DNA of 64,000 nt from the human T2T-CHM13v2.0 reference genome, Homo sapiens. The translations under genes and the position numbers were made by a program. Below, one piece after another: positions 1-30,031 of this stretch. How positions within the stretch are numbered: position 1 is the stretch's first letter; every line of letters begins with the position of its first letter. The stretch lies in assembly GCF_009914755.1 (NCBI RefSeq), contig NC_060940.1. One strand, given 5' to 3'. The notes beneath the pieces are model-generated. The model was given only the letters and a program-made list of their open reading frames with translations, did not search any database and was not told where the DNA came from.

Positions 1-50
1 CACCCTGGGCTGTGCAACAAGAGTGAAACTCCACCAAAAAAAAAAAAAAA

Positions 51-492
51 AGACCTGGGATCAAGAAGTGTTCAGATGAAGATAAAAGACTGTGGAGACC
101 AAGGTTCTTTTGAAGTCTTATAGTGGCTGCCCTTAGAGACAACAGATGACACATGTTTCCTATTCATACCTTTAAAGGGTGCTAGACTTTTACTTAATCT
201 CTTCAGGATTGGGAGGGCCTGGAAGAAAAATATCTAGCTGTGTTAATAGAGATTCTTTACAGATGCACATTTTGCTCCACAAAGGACAGCTTTGCAGGAT
301 CATTTCAAAATACGTCAAAGAAACATATTTTGGGGTAAAATATTTTGACTTTCTTGTCAGGTTGGAAAGTAAGTCATGATACATGGGTTTTATACCCAAC
401 TGATGAGAATTTATGGTTTGTAGGGCGTGACTCCCCAGGTCCCTTAAATAGGAATTTGGCCAACATTTTTAAAAATCAGAGTTTAGTCCTCA
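51..492 (-). mobile_element. MER4-group ERV1 LTR fragment
   Basis: Reverse complement begins TGAGGACTAAACTCTGATTTTT, the typical MER4-family LTR start; interrupted at the left by an Alu tail (1-50). Confidence 0.7.
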
Positions 493-505
493 CAATGCAT
501 GTGTG

Positions 506-1773
506 TTTTCTTTTCTTTTCTTTTCTTTTTCTTTTTCTCTTTTTTTGAGACAGAGGCTCGCTTTGTTGCCCAGGCTGGAGTGCAGTGGCACGGTCTCAGC
601 TCACTTCATCCTCTGCCTCCCAGGTTCAAGTAATTCTCGGGCCTCAGCCTCCCAAGCATCTGGGATTACAGGTGCCTGCCACCTCGACCAGATAATTTTT
701 TGTATTTTTAGTGGAGACAAGGTTTCACCATGTTGGCCAGGCTGGTCTCGAACTCCTGACCTCGTGATCCGCCTGCCTTGGCCTCCTAAAGCACTGGGAT
801 TACAGGCGTGAGCCACCGCACCTGGCCCCTTTTCTTTTACTTTCATCTTCTTTTTTTTGGTCTTGCTCTGTCACCCAGGCTGGAGTGCAGCCTGGAACTC
901 CTGGGCTGAAGTAATCCTCCCACTTCAGCCTCCTGAGTAGCTAGAAATATAGACACACACCACAACACCTGGCTAACCAAAAAACAAAACAAAACAAAAA
1001 AAACAAAAAAACTGTAGAGACAGGGTCTCTCTATGTTGCTAAGGCTGGTGTATGTTTGTTTTCAAGCTAGGAATGTTCATGATAGGTTAGAGAAAAGGTA
1101 GAATAAACTGGCATTTTGTAGTGCCAATATGGTATCACACTAATAGCCCCTTAGGAAATAAAATACTAACACACGTTTATTGAACACTTACTATTGGTTA
1201 AGTACTCTATTGAGCACTTTACATGAATTGGGTCAATGTAATTTAATTCATGTAATAATTCTAAATGGTTACATTTTTACTATGTGTTACATATTGTTAG
1301 TAATTTCATTCTATATGTCAGGAAACTCAGGCATGGAGAAGTCTATTAATTAGGGTTCAGTCATGGAAAAATGAAACCACTCCAGATATTTCAAACATAA
1401 TGGTATTTAGTACAGAGAATTAGATGCTCATAAGTTTGTAAGGGCTGGAGGAGCTACTGTCACATTGGTTTTCTTTCTTTTTTTTTTTTTTTAGACAGAG
1501 TTTCACTCTTGTCACCTAGGCTGGAGTGCAATGGTGCGATCTCGGCTCACCGCAACCTCTGCTTCTGGGTTCAAGCAATTATCCTACCTCAGCCTCCTTA
1601 GTAGCTGGGATTACAGGTGCCCGCCACCACGCTTAGCTAATTTTTGTATTTTTAGTAGAGACAGGGTTTCATCATGTTGGTCAGGCTGGCCTTGAACTCC
1701 TGACCTCAGGTGATCCGCCTGCCTCGGCCTCCCAAAGTGCTGGAATTACAAGCGTGAGCCACCACGCCCAGCC
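506..1773 (-). mobile_element. Antisense Alus (~545-825, ~850-1050, ~1478-1773)
   Basis: Alu consensus motifs (GCCTCCCAAAGTGCTGGGATTACAGG-like) with leading poly-T tracts. Confidence 0.92.
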
Positions 1774-2109
1774 TCACATTGGTTTTCATTTGTGCTGCTG
1801 CCTCTGTGGTCCAGAGAATAAGAAGGGTGCTGCTTCTGCTGCCCAAAGGGCAGAAAAGTTCAGAAAACCACTGTTGTCACAGCTGCCTTTAAATAACTGA
1901 GACAGGGACTGGTGCGAAAGAGAGCCAAAGCCTAAGGAAAAAACCCACAATAACATGTATCTCTGCCACTTTTCAAATTTCAGGAAGTGCATTACACTGG
2001 GTAAAACACAACTGAATCCAGAATACAGGAGGCAAGGGCTCCTGGGAAATGTAGTTCATAGGGTTTCCGCCTTGCCTTAGGGAGTGCTGAGAAGTGTGTG
2101 GAATGAATG

Positions 2110-2630
2110 CTTGCATTTGTTTTCTATTGTTGCCATAAAAAGTTACCACAAACATAATGGCTTAAAACACTACCCACTTATCTCACAGTTCTATATAGAA
2201 GTCAGAAGCACAGTGGACTCAGCTGGGAACTCTGCTTAGGGTCTCAATAGGCTGTCAGCCAGCTAAGGCTCTGCAGAAGAATCTGCTTCTGGGTTCATTC
2301 AGGTCGTTGGCAGTACTACTTTCATTCTCAAGGTTTACATGTGGTCCCCCTCATCTTCAAGCCAGGAACCATGGGCTGAGTTCTGCCTGTGCTTTGAAAA
2401 TCTATGACTTTCCTTTCTGCTGCATCTGTGTGACTTGTCTTTTGCCTTTAGGGATTCACGTGATTACACTGTACTCACCAGGGAAATCCCGGTTAAGTTC
2501 TCCATCTTAAGGTCAGCTGATTACAACCTTAATCATATTTGCAAAGTCCCTTTTGCCATGTAAGGTGACTTATAACCATAAGACGCACACTAGGAGACAA
2601 AGATCATGGGAGTACAAATTCTGCCCGCCA
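2110..2630 (-). mobile_element. MaLR LTR (MLT1-like)
   Basis: TTGCCATAAAAGTTACCACAAACATAATGGCTTAAAAC ... CATCTTAAGGTCAGCTGATTACAACCTTAAT ... TTTTGCCATGTAAGGT resemble MLT1 LTR consensus. Confidence 0.65.
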
Positions 2631-2769
2631 CAATCCTCAATGGAAGAAAACTATCAAACAAGAAAGCATTCCAACACAAAAATGTAAAGAATTTACTCAA
2701 GATAATTGATATTCTCAGCTTTATTAATTTTAATAATAATAGTTACTATACATCAAGTGTCTACTATAA

Positions 2770-4140
<1,371 letters not shown>

Positions 4141-4461
4141 AGTTAGATTCTCATGTCTGCTTCTGTATTCAATCTGTAGCAATATCACCCGTCGATTTTC
4201 CAGAGGCTTCTAGAAAATTCCATGTACTCTCCTGACTCAGAGAATGAAAAAAGCAAAATCATCTTTATATTATTATAAAAATAGTATAATTATAAAAATA
4301 GGATTGACATTAAAGATTACCCCTAGATCCCTGGAGCATATTTGAGGAACTGGCTGGTTGGAGTATGTTATTCCATTGATGACCCAACCTAGATTGTCCG
4401 GACTTGCCTCATTTTTCTCCTAACTGGAAGTGACAAGGCAGGCAGCTCTAGCCTCATGACA

Positions 4462-5286
<825 letters not shown>

Positions 5287-5379
5287 CTAGGACCAATCTC
5301 CTGAGTCACAAAATTTAAGGAGTCGTCCAAAAAAGTAAATAAGATAAATATTTTCAAACAATATTAGAAAATTCAAATC

Positions 5380-6170
5380 GGAAACTACCGACCGGGTGAG
5401 GAGTTGTTTTTGTAAATAAGGTCTTATTCCTAATAAGTTTCGAAAGTCTAAATCTTCACACGAGTCACTCAAAAGAAAGGCCCAGCTCAGGAGCCTGCAT
5501 CTGCGCTATGGCGGGTAAGCCCCGGTGGCTGACCGGAAGAAGCGCCCACGGAGGCGAACCCCAGGCGCCCCTCAGCCTACTTCCATTTCCCCTCGCGACC
5601 CTTCGCCCCGCCCACTCTAGCTGGCTGTGCCTGACTGGCTGGGCTGCCGCATATTCGCGCTGCCATTGGTCCATAATCAGCTGGGGGTGGGCGTAGGGAG
5701 ACCTACTTCAGCAGGTCCTGGCCGGACCAGCATTGTTAACGGCTGCGGTTCGAAGTGGCTGTGGGTATTGCTGCGGCTGGTGCGTCGTCGCTCTAGGTAC
5801 GTTGGGGCCGGGCGAGTGTCCTGCGAGAGCGGCGATTGGCGGGGTGGCGGCTCTAGGAGCGTCGGTCGCCTCTCTGAGGGCCGGCCCCGGAGGCCTCGGA
5901 GCGCCGGGCCTACCGGACGTTTGCGGCGAAGCTGCCCTGACTGAAAAGCGTCCGCGGGGCCGTCTGACAGGTCCGGGAAGAGGCCCCTGAGGGGCGGACG
6001 GGCGCGTCTCCACCGTTTTCGCAGAGGGATACTGGTGAAGCGGGAGTGGTGTGCGGCCTCAGGTCCGGGCGGCACTGGGGTTAGGGACTGCGGAGGGAAG
6101 TGGTGCGTGTTTTTTGTCCTGAGGGGTAAGTAAAAGCTCGCTCTTGTCCGGAATGCTTTCAGAAATTAAC
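5380..6170 (+). promoter_or_regulatory. ATF7IP2: CpG-island promoter of ATF7IP2
   Basis: The only dense CpG/GC-rich non-repeat segment in the window; ETS-like CCGGAA (~5533), inverted CCAAT boxes (ATTGG 5665-5669, 5835-5839), GC box near 5992; lies upstream of the + strand coding exons. Confidence 0.85.
5715..5796 (+). other. ATF7IP2: Candidate non-coding exon 1 (start approximate)
   Basis: Strong donor TAG|GTACGT at 5796/5797 inside the CpG island; an alternative donor GGG|GTAAGT lies at 6125/6126. The TSS cannot be fixed from sequence. Confidence 0.6.
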
Positions 6171-7559
6171 GGATAAATCTCCACCTCCACCAATTTTAGT
6201 GTCCCATTGCCAAATTTTCTTGAGTTGTTTTAATCATCTAATGAAGTCAGGTGCCAGAAGGCAACTGGATCTCGCCAGGCGGCCTTGAAGTTTGTTAAAA
6301 AGTAGGGACCAGAGCATCAGGAAAAATACAAAATTCTGAGTAAAATGCTGAAATCCCGTACCTCTGAGCTTGCCGGTGTAAGGATGGTAGGATTTAAGGA
6401 AGACGATTTCCTTAAGGTAGAAGTTCGTTTTTATGAATATGTTTTTAAGAAAATTCCATCTTATCGCCCTTCTCTAACCAGTTTTCTCCAAGTTTGGCAA
6501 GCAAGTTTGAGAAAGAGAGGACGCAATAATTTTTTTTTGCCTTATTTTTGTTAAAACCTTACCGCACTTAAGGAAACGGACTTTCTACCTTTCCGTGTTT
6601 CTGTGTTGAAAATGAAGTTTCTAACCACGTGTTCCTTCCTTTACGACACAATGGCTTTTTCTGCTCTGAAGACTTGCATATGGTTAATATGTATGGAAGA
6701 AGAGGACAGTTGTACTGAATAGTCCACATTAGAAAAATTATGTCATATTCACTTAAATTGTTATTCTAGATTGCGACTTAATACTGTTTTTATTATGATT
6801 TTGTCATATTTATTGTAGCCAGTAAATGACCTGCGACATAACTATTTGCAAAACAAATGGGGAAGACCAAGATAAAGATAAGTTATATCACAGGAAAGCA
6901 ATTGAAAATGCAAAAATGAAGCATCTGAATGAAGGACTAATAACACTGAATTCAGCTTTTGTGAAGTATGCCTTTCTTCTTAGCTCGTTTATTCTGCAAT
7001 ACGTTTGTAGAAGTGTTGACTCCGATCTTAATCAAATTTACTTCACTCTCAGTCTTATCTGCAGATATGTACAGACCACATCCTAAGATTGACTTCTGCC
7101 TCAACAGAAATACATGAGCCAGTGCCTTATTGGAAATGATTTGCGTGTTTTAAGAACTGGTGTATATAGGTACATCTTGAATGTTCTGCTTTCCTTGCCT
7201 TATGCCTGTACTTCACCTCAGCCTTCAATTCCATTGTGTTTCCTTGCTACTTGGTATCTTGAAATCTGGTACGAAACTATTGCATGATCCCTGCACCTTT
7301 GCTTCTGCATATATCATAGCTCTCTTATAGTGAGTGTGCACAATCTATTTCATTTGATGTAATCAAAGTTTAATATATTGGATAGTTAAAAATAAAATAC
7401 AACTTTAAATACGCAAGAGTATTAGTTCTCATTGTTGAGCGAGATGATACAAAATACCAAAAAATCTTATTCTCTCATTCTATGTCAGTCTATTTTACTC
7501 CCCCCCCCTCCCCCCGCCACCCGGACACACACACACTGCGGTGACTTATCTATCTCGTT

Positions 7560-8698
<1,139 letters not shown>

Positions 8699-9949
8699 AT
8701 TATAGTGGGAAATTTAGATAAAGAAGTAGTAGTTCTCTCGGGGCTGTTTTTTTGAGGAGGTGATCTTTAAGCTTGATCTTGAAAGAGCATAGACTAGGAG
8801 GGAAGGTTGATAATATGACAGTTCTGGTCAATTTGGAAAGTGAAGGTTAGGTTTATAAGAAGGTTCAGTTGATATCTCCAGGAAAAGACAAACTACTGTG
8901 AAAGAAAGATAGTGTAGTCATGGTAGTCTATCTGGCTATATAGAGAATATTTATAACAACTTAAATATTGATTTAACTGAAAATACGATGAGCTGTAAGA
9001 GACGTGTGAACTACAGAACTGGATCTATGAATGACAGGAGGGCAGACCACAGTGCTTTTCACATCCTCCCCTCCTTCCCTTGGGCATAAGACCTGGCTAT
9101 AGGAAATCTAGCTAATTACAAGAACGTCTTTATAATTTGGAGGGAAACTCTTGGAACTGTGAGTGCTCCCCGTCCAGTGTTACCATCCCCTACCATCCAA
9201 TTAAAATGTTTCCAACCCACCTCCAAAAAAAATACATATGTGAGCTAAATCTTCATCTGCAATTACAGGAAATCGACATGGCTAAAATTTGTAACTCAAG
9301 AAACAGTATGAAAATATTTTAAAATACTGAGATTTTAAAAACAAGTTGTTAAAATTAAAGTGATTGCCATTAGATATTCGGGAGTGCTGGCAAGCAACTG
9401 CTTTATTTCATAATGAGCATTTTATACTATTACATTGATAAAACTTGAAAAAAGTAATGTCAGAATTCTATTAGCATTCAGGTGATGCGGATGCTGCTGG
9501 TCTATGAACCACACTTGGCATTACTTCATGGTCATTATGAGATTAACTGCCACCTGGCCTGAGTTTTGTTATTTTGTTAACCACTATATAACTCTTAAAG
9601 GGCCCTGTCGCTTCATAATAACTGTTTTGTGTTTGTGATAGACTTCTTCGAGTCTTAAGACCCTCCGTTCAAATATTGGCTGAAGTACCTGACTTTGAAC
9701 AAGATTAGTTAAATGGGTTTTTTCTAAATTTTTACTTTTTAAAAAGAGTAACAGTAAAAATTCAGTTCAGTAGTTTTTTTTAATTTAATGAGAATTGTTC
9801 TTATTAAAGTGTTTATTATGTATTAAGATACTACCTTGGAGAACATCACTGGAGAACAGAGATGTTTTATAATGGAGAAACCCAATGAAGCAGGAAAAAA
9901 CCCAACTAAATCAGCATGCACCCATAACTTCGAACTATAACAGGAAAAA

Positions 9950-13712
<3,763 letters not shown>

Positions 13713-13724
13713 CCAAGTAATGTC

Positions 13725-15925
13725 AGGTGTGAAAGGATTAAACAATCCCATGAAATGGCAGAGATTTTCATACTGAAGGGAAAAACAGCCTTGGCCTATA
13801 GGCTGTTTACAGGAGACAGACTTTGGATTCAAAGATGCAAATAGGCTGAAAGTAAAAGGATAGATGAAGATACAACATGCAAATAGCAACCATAGTAAAG
13901 CTATCGTGCCTATACTGATTTCAGACAAAATATACTGAAACAGTATTGCTGGAGATACATAGGGACATTCTATAATGACAGAAGAGTTGGTGCCTCAGGC
14001 ATACAAATCATAAACATATATGCACCTACTAAGAGAGCAGCAAAATGTATGAAGCAACTATTGACAGAATTGAAGGAAGAAATGCACAGTTCAGTAATAA
14101 TTGGAGAATTCAATACAACACTGTCATAATGGATAGAAAACTGAGGAAATCAGTGAGACAAGAGACGACTTGAGCAACACTAAACCAACTAGACTTAAGA
14201 GATATCTTTGAACAGTCCACCCAACAACAGCAGAATAGACTTTTGGAGTGTATGTAGAACATCCATCAATATAGTCACACTAGGCCATGAAGCAAACCAA
14301 CACACTTAAAAGGACTGAAATTATGGGAAAGAACATTATCTGACCAGTGAATAAAATCAGAAATCAGTACTAAAAAGAAACTTGAGAAATTTACAAATAT
14401 GTTGAAATTAACACTCCTAAATAATGGGTCAAAGAAATCATGAGGTTAATTAGAAAATACTTTGAGGTGAATGAAAATGAAGACAAACATATCAAAGGTT
14501 TTGGAGGGTACAATTACAGCAATTCTTAGAAAATTTATAGTGATAAATGCTATATTAAAAAAGACCTCAAATCAGTAACCTAGACCTTTTAAGAAAAACT
14601 GGAACTAGAAGAACAAACTGAGCCTGAAGTCAGCAGAATGTAGGAAAAAATTAGTGTGGAAATTAATAGAATAGACAAAAATAGAAAAGGAAACCATAAA
14701 TCATTTTCTTAAACGATCAAGAAAATTAAACATTCAGCTAAACTGAGCACAAAAAAGGGAGAGAAGACTCAAATTACTAAAATCAGGAATGAATGAGGGG
14801 ACATTACTTCTGACCTTCCAGTAGTTAAAAAAAAAAATTATAAGGGAATACTATAGAATAATTCCAATTGTATGGTACTCCATTTAATAGATGAAACAGA
14901 CAAATTCCTAAAAAGACACAAAACTGCCAGAACTGACTGAAGAAGAGGAAAATCTGAACAAACATAAACAAAGCAGTGGAATTAGGACAAAATGAAAAGC
15001 CCCAAATCAGATGGTTTTATTAGTAAATTCTACCAAACATTTAAAGGTACAGTTCTTCAATTCTTTCAAGAAATAGAAGAGGACAGAACATTTCTGAAAT
15101 AATTCTGTAAGGCTAGTATTATTTGGATACCAAAAGCAGACCCCAATACTATAGGAAAAGAAAACTGCAGAACGATGTTTTTTTAATGTATAGAGATGTG
15201 AAAATCCTCAACCAAATACTAGTAATTTGAAATTAACATAAAAGGATTATACACCATGACCAAGTGAGATTTATTTCAGGAATGCAAAATAAATTTCTCA
15301 TGCAAGAATCTTTAATGTTAAGTGCCATATCAAAGAGAACAAAGCTACATGATCTTTTTAAGAGATAGTGAAAAGCATTGATAAGATCCAGTGTCCCTTC
15401 ATGATAAAAACATTAAACAATAGGGAAAGTTTGGAACTTCCTTAACTTGTTAAAAAGCATCTGTAAAAAAACCCACGGTTAACATCATAGTGGAGGATTG
15501 GAGGTTTTCCTGCTAATTCAGGAACAAGATGGACCCCTCCTGGCATTTCTATTCAACATTGTACTGGAGGATCTAGTCAGGAAAATGAAGCCCATTTTTT
15601 TTTTTCAAATAATAAAAGCATCGAAATTGGAAAGGGAGAAGTAAAATATACACGGATAACATGATTTAATATGTAGAAAATTCTAAGAGATTCACAAACC
15701 ATTAAAGATAAAAGCCAGTTCAACAAAGTTGAAGGATGGAAGATCAGTGTACATAAATCTGTTTTATTTCCATATACTTGCAAAGAGGAATCCAAAACTG
15801 AGATTGAGGAAAGCATATATAATAGCATCAAAAAGTAGTACAAAACATATACTCTGAAAACTGCAGAATGTTGAGAGAAATTAAATAAGTAAATAGATAA
15901 TCCCATGTTCATCTAGCCAGAGGAC
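13725..15925 (+). mobile_element. Old L1 (L1M) ORF2 EN/RT region; host of the nested stack, resuming at ~18900-18990, 37311-37605 and 43993-44709
   Basis: Degraded but colinear L1 ORF2 sequence that continues across each later insertion. Confidence 0.75.
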
Positions 15926-15929
15926 TCAT

Positions 15930-18890
<2,961 letters not shown>

Positions 18891-18990
18891 ATAACTATAA
18901 TCTTAAATGAAAAAATAGTAATACTAAATTGATCTACAAATTCAACACAATCCTTATGAAAATTGCAGCTGGCTTGGGAGAAATTTATGA

Positions 18991-25080
<6,090 letters not shown>

Positions 25081-25111
25081 AAGGGGCAGAGCAAGGTGGC
25101 TGAATGGAAAC

Positions 25112-25809
<698 letters not shown>

Positions 25810-27533
25810 TCACTCAGGCTGGAGTGCAGTGGTGCAATCACGGCTCACCACAGCCTCGACCTCCACAGGATCAAGCAATCCTGCCATCTCAGCCTCTCGA
25901 GTAGCTGGGACTACAGGTGTGCACCACCACCCTTAACTAATTTTTTATATTTTGTAGAGATGGGGTTTTGCCACGTTGCTTGGGCTGGTCTTGATCTCCT
26001 GGGCTCAAGCTGTCCACTTGCCTCAGCCTTCCAAAGTGCTGGGATTACAGGCGTGAACCACTGTGCCCAGCCAACTTAAAATAATTAACCTAATGATGCA
26101 TCTTAAAGAACTAGAAAAGCAAGAGCAAAGCAAACACAAAAGTAGTAGAAGAAAAGAAGTAATAAAGATCACTGCAGAAGAAACAAAAGATCAATGAAAT
26201 GAAAAGTTAGTTTTTTTAAATATAAAGCAAACATTTATGCAGACTATGAAAAAGAACACCTCAGAAATTCGAAGCATCCTTTGTGGCTACTATGAGCAAC
26301 TTTGTAGGCCAATAAATTGGAAAATCTAGAGGAAATGGATCCATTCCTAGGCACATACAACCTACAAAGATTGAACCATTAAGAAATCAAAAACCTGAAC
26401 AGACCAGTAAAAAGTAATGACATAAAAGCCGTAATAAAACATTGCCCAGCAAAGAAAAGCCTGCGCCCTAGTTGCTTCACTGCTGAATTCTACTGAACAT
26501 TTAAAGAAGTAATACCAATCCTACTGAAATCATTTTGAAAAATAGATGAGGAGGTAATACTTCCAAACTCATTCCATGAGGTTACCCAATACCAAAACCA
26601 AACAGACACATAAAAATAAATAAAATTACAGACCAATATGAGTATTGATGTAAAAATCAGCAAAATGGTAGAAAACTGAATTTAACAATGCATGAAGAAG
26701 ATTATTAATCATGACTAAGTAGGATTTCACCTGGCTTCAACATGTGCTAGCTATCAATGTGATACATTATATCAACAAAATGAAGGACAAAAATATGGTC
26801 ATTTCATTTGATGCTGAAAATGCATTTGATAACATTCAACTTCCCTACATGATAAAAACCCTCAAGAAACTGGGTATAGAAGGAATGTATCTCAACGTAA
26901 TAAAAGCCGTATATGACAGACCACAGTTAGTATCATCCTGAATGGGGAAAATCTACAAAAGAACTACAAACCTTTGGTTTAAGATCTGCAACACAACAAG
27001 GCTGCCCGTTTTCACCACAGTTACTGAACATAGTACTATAAGTCCTAGCTAGGCGAATCAGAGGAGAAATAAGGGGCATGCAAATTGGGAAGGAAGAAGT
27101 CAAATTGTCCTTATTTACAGATGATAAGATCTTATATTTGGAAAATCCTAAACAATACACCAAAACTAGTAATACTGATAAATTGAGTATAGTTGCAGTA
27201 TACAAAATCACCGTACAAAATTCAGTACCATTTCTATATGCTAACAGTGAATGATATGTAAAGGAAATCAAAATAGTCTCATTTATAATATTGACAAATA
27301 AGATTATTTTTAAAATTTTTTATTTCTGTAGGTTATTCAGGAACAGGTGTTACTCGGTTACATAAGTTCTTTAGTGGTGATTTGTGAGATTTTGGTGCAC
27401 CCATCACCCGAGCACTATACACTGAACCCAATTTGTGGTCTTTTATCCCTCATCACCCTTTCCCCTGAGTCCCCATAGTTCATTGTATCATTCTTAGGCC
27501 TTTACATTCTCATAGCTTAGCTCCTACTTGTGA

Positions 27534-27791
<258 letters not shown>

Positions 27792-28594
27792 TGATCTTGA
27801 TTTCCTGACCTCGCGATCCACCTGCCTTGGCCTCCCAAAGTGCTGGGATTGCAGATGTGAGCCACCATGCCCAGCTTATATCACAATTTCTTTATGCACT
27901 CGTTGATTAATGGGCATTTGGGCTGGTTCCATATTTCTGCAATTGTGAATTGTGCTGCTATAAATAAGCCTTTGCAAATGTCTTTTTTGTATAATGACTA
28001 CTTTTCCTCTAGGTGGATACCCAATAGTGGGATTGCCGGGTCAAATGGTAGTTCTACTTTTAGTTCTTTAAGGAGTCGCCACACTGTTTTCCATGATGGT
28101 TGTGCTAGTTTACATTCCCACCAGCAGCATAGAAGTGTTCCATTTACACCACATCCACACCAACATCTATTATTTTTTGACTTTTTGATTATGGCCATTG
28201 CAGGAGTAAGGTGGTATTGCACTGTGGTTTTGATTTGCATTTCCCTGATCATTAGTGGTGATGAGCATTTTTTCATATGTTTGTTGGCCATTGGTATATC
28301 TTCTTTTGAGAATTGCCTGTTCATTTCGTTAGCCCACTTTTTGATGGGATTATTTGGTTTTTTTCTTGCTAATTTGTTTGAGTGCCTTGTAGACTCTAGA
28401 TATTAGTCATTTGTTGGATGTATAGGTTATAAAGATTTTCTCCCACTCTGTGGGTTATCTGCTTACTCTGCTGACTCTTCCTTTTTCTGTGCAGAAGCTC
28501 TTTAGTTTAATTAAGTCCTGCCTATTCATCTTTGTTTTTGTTGCATTTGCTTTTGGGTTTTTGGTCATGAAATCCTTGCCTAAGTCAATGTCTA

Positions 28595-29088
28595 TGTTGG
28601 AGATAAATGCTCGGTTCGCAAAGTGAAACCAGCACTCGGGCAAAAGTTTTCCCAGCAAGGCAATTTACTTCTGCAGAAGGGTGCTGCTCGTGTCATTCAC
28701 GATCACAAGAGCACACTGAACAAAGGAGAGAAAGGGTTATTCCTAATGTGGCCCCTACATCTGTGTCAATCTCCCATGGGCGGGGGGTAGGCGGGTCAGA
28801 CTGCACATTCTAAGTTGACCTGATTGGCTATTTGTGGATATTTTCCCAAATAAGGAAGGGAAGGGGGATGTGAGTTACAGTGGTGGGACGTGTGGTTTTG
28901 AAGGGTGGAATGGGTGCAGAGTTAGCAACCAAGGGAACAGATGTGAGTTATTGATTAGAACTGATAGGAAGGTTGTTTACACTAATTAGGGGCAAGGAGG
29001 CATGGAGAACAAGAAAGTTGAGTTTGAGAACAAAGAATAAGGAAGTTAACAAGCTAAACCTTTGAAGAGGAATTTATTATATCTTATA
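28595..29088 (-). mobile_element. Solo LTR10-family (HERV-I) LTR inside L1PB ORF2
   Basis: AGCAAGGCAATTTACTTCTGCAGAAGGGTGCTGC...CAAGAGCACACTGAACAAAGG is homologous to the LTR at 61510-61943; 4-bp TSD TCTA/TGTA. Confidence 0.8.
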
Positions 29089-29990
29089 TGTAGAAGGGTT
29101 TTTCTGATGTTATCTTCTAGAATTTTTATAGTTTCAGGTCTTAGATTTAAATCCTTGATCCATTTTTTTTTTTATTGAGACTTTTTTTTTAATGAGCCAT
29201 TCTCTTGCCTCAGCCTCCTAAGTAGCTGAGACTACAGGCCCCTGCAACCACGCCCAGCTAATTTTTTGAATTTTAATAGAGACAGGGTTTCACGGCGTTA
29301 GCCAGGACAATCTCGATCTCCTGACCTCATGATCCGCCTGCCTGGGCCTCCCAAAGTGCTGGGATTACAGGCGTGAGCCACCATGCCCAGCCTCCTTGAT
29401 CCATCTTGAGTTGATTTTTGTCTAAGGTGAGAGATGAGGATCCAGTTTCATTCTCCTACATGTGGCTTGCCAGTTATCCCAACACCATGTGTTGAATAGA
29501 GTGCCCTTTCCCCACTTTATGTTTTTGTTTGCTTTGTCAATGCTCAGTTGACTGTAAGTATTTGATTTTCTCAGTTCTGTATCCTGTTCCATTGGTCTTT
29601 GTGCCTATTTTTATACCAGTAGCATGCTGTTTTGGTGACTATGGCCTTATAATGTAGTTTGAAGTCAGGTAATGTGATGCCTCCAGATATGTTCTTTTTG
29701 CTTAGTCTTGCTTTGGTTATACAGGCTCTTTTTTGGTTCCATATGAATTTAGGATTCTTTTTTCTAGTTTTGTGAAGAAGATGGTGGTATTTTGATGGGA
29801 ATTGCATTGAATTTGTAGATTGCTCTTGGCAGTGTGGTCATTTTCACAGTATTGTCTCTACCCATCCGTGAGCACGGGATGTGTTTTCATTTGTTTGTAT
29901 CATCTGTGATTTCTATCAGCAGTGTTTTGTAGTTTTCCTTGTAGAGGTCTTTTGACTCCTTGGTTAGGTATATTCCTAAGTTTTGTTTTG

Positions 29991-30031
<41 letters not shown>

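Noticed and set aside
5465-6075. GC-rich ORFs on both strands across the promoter
   Set aside because: Stop-poor CpG-island artefacts, mostly non-ATG starts, with no recognisable domain.
7065-7169. Possible cassette exon (TCTGCAG ... TAG|GTACAT) in intron 1
   Set aside because: Weak donor and no independent support from the sequence.
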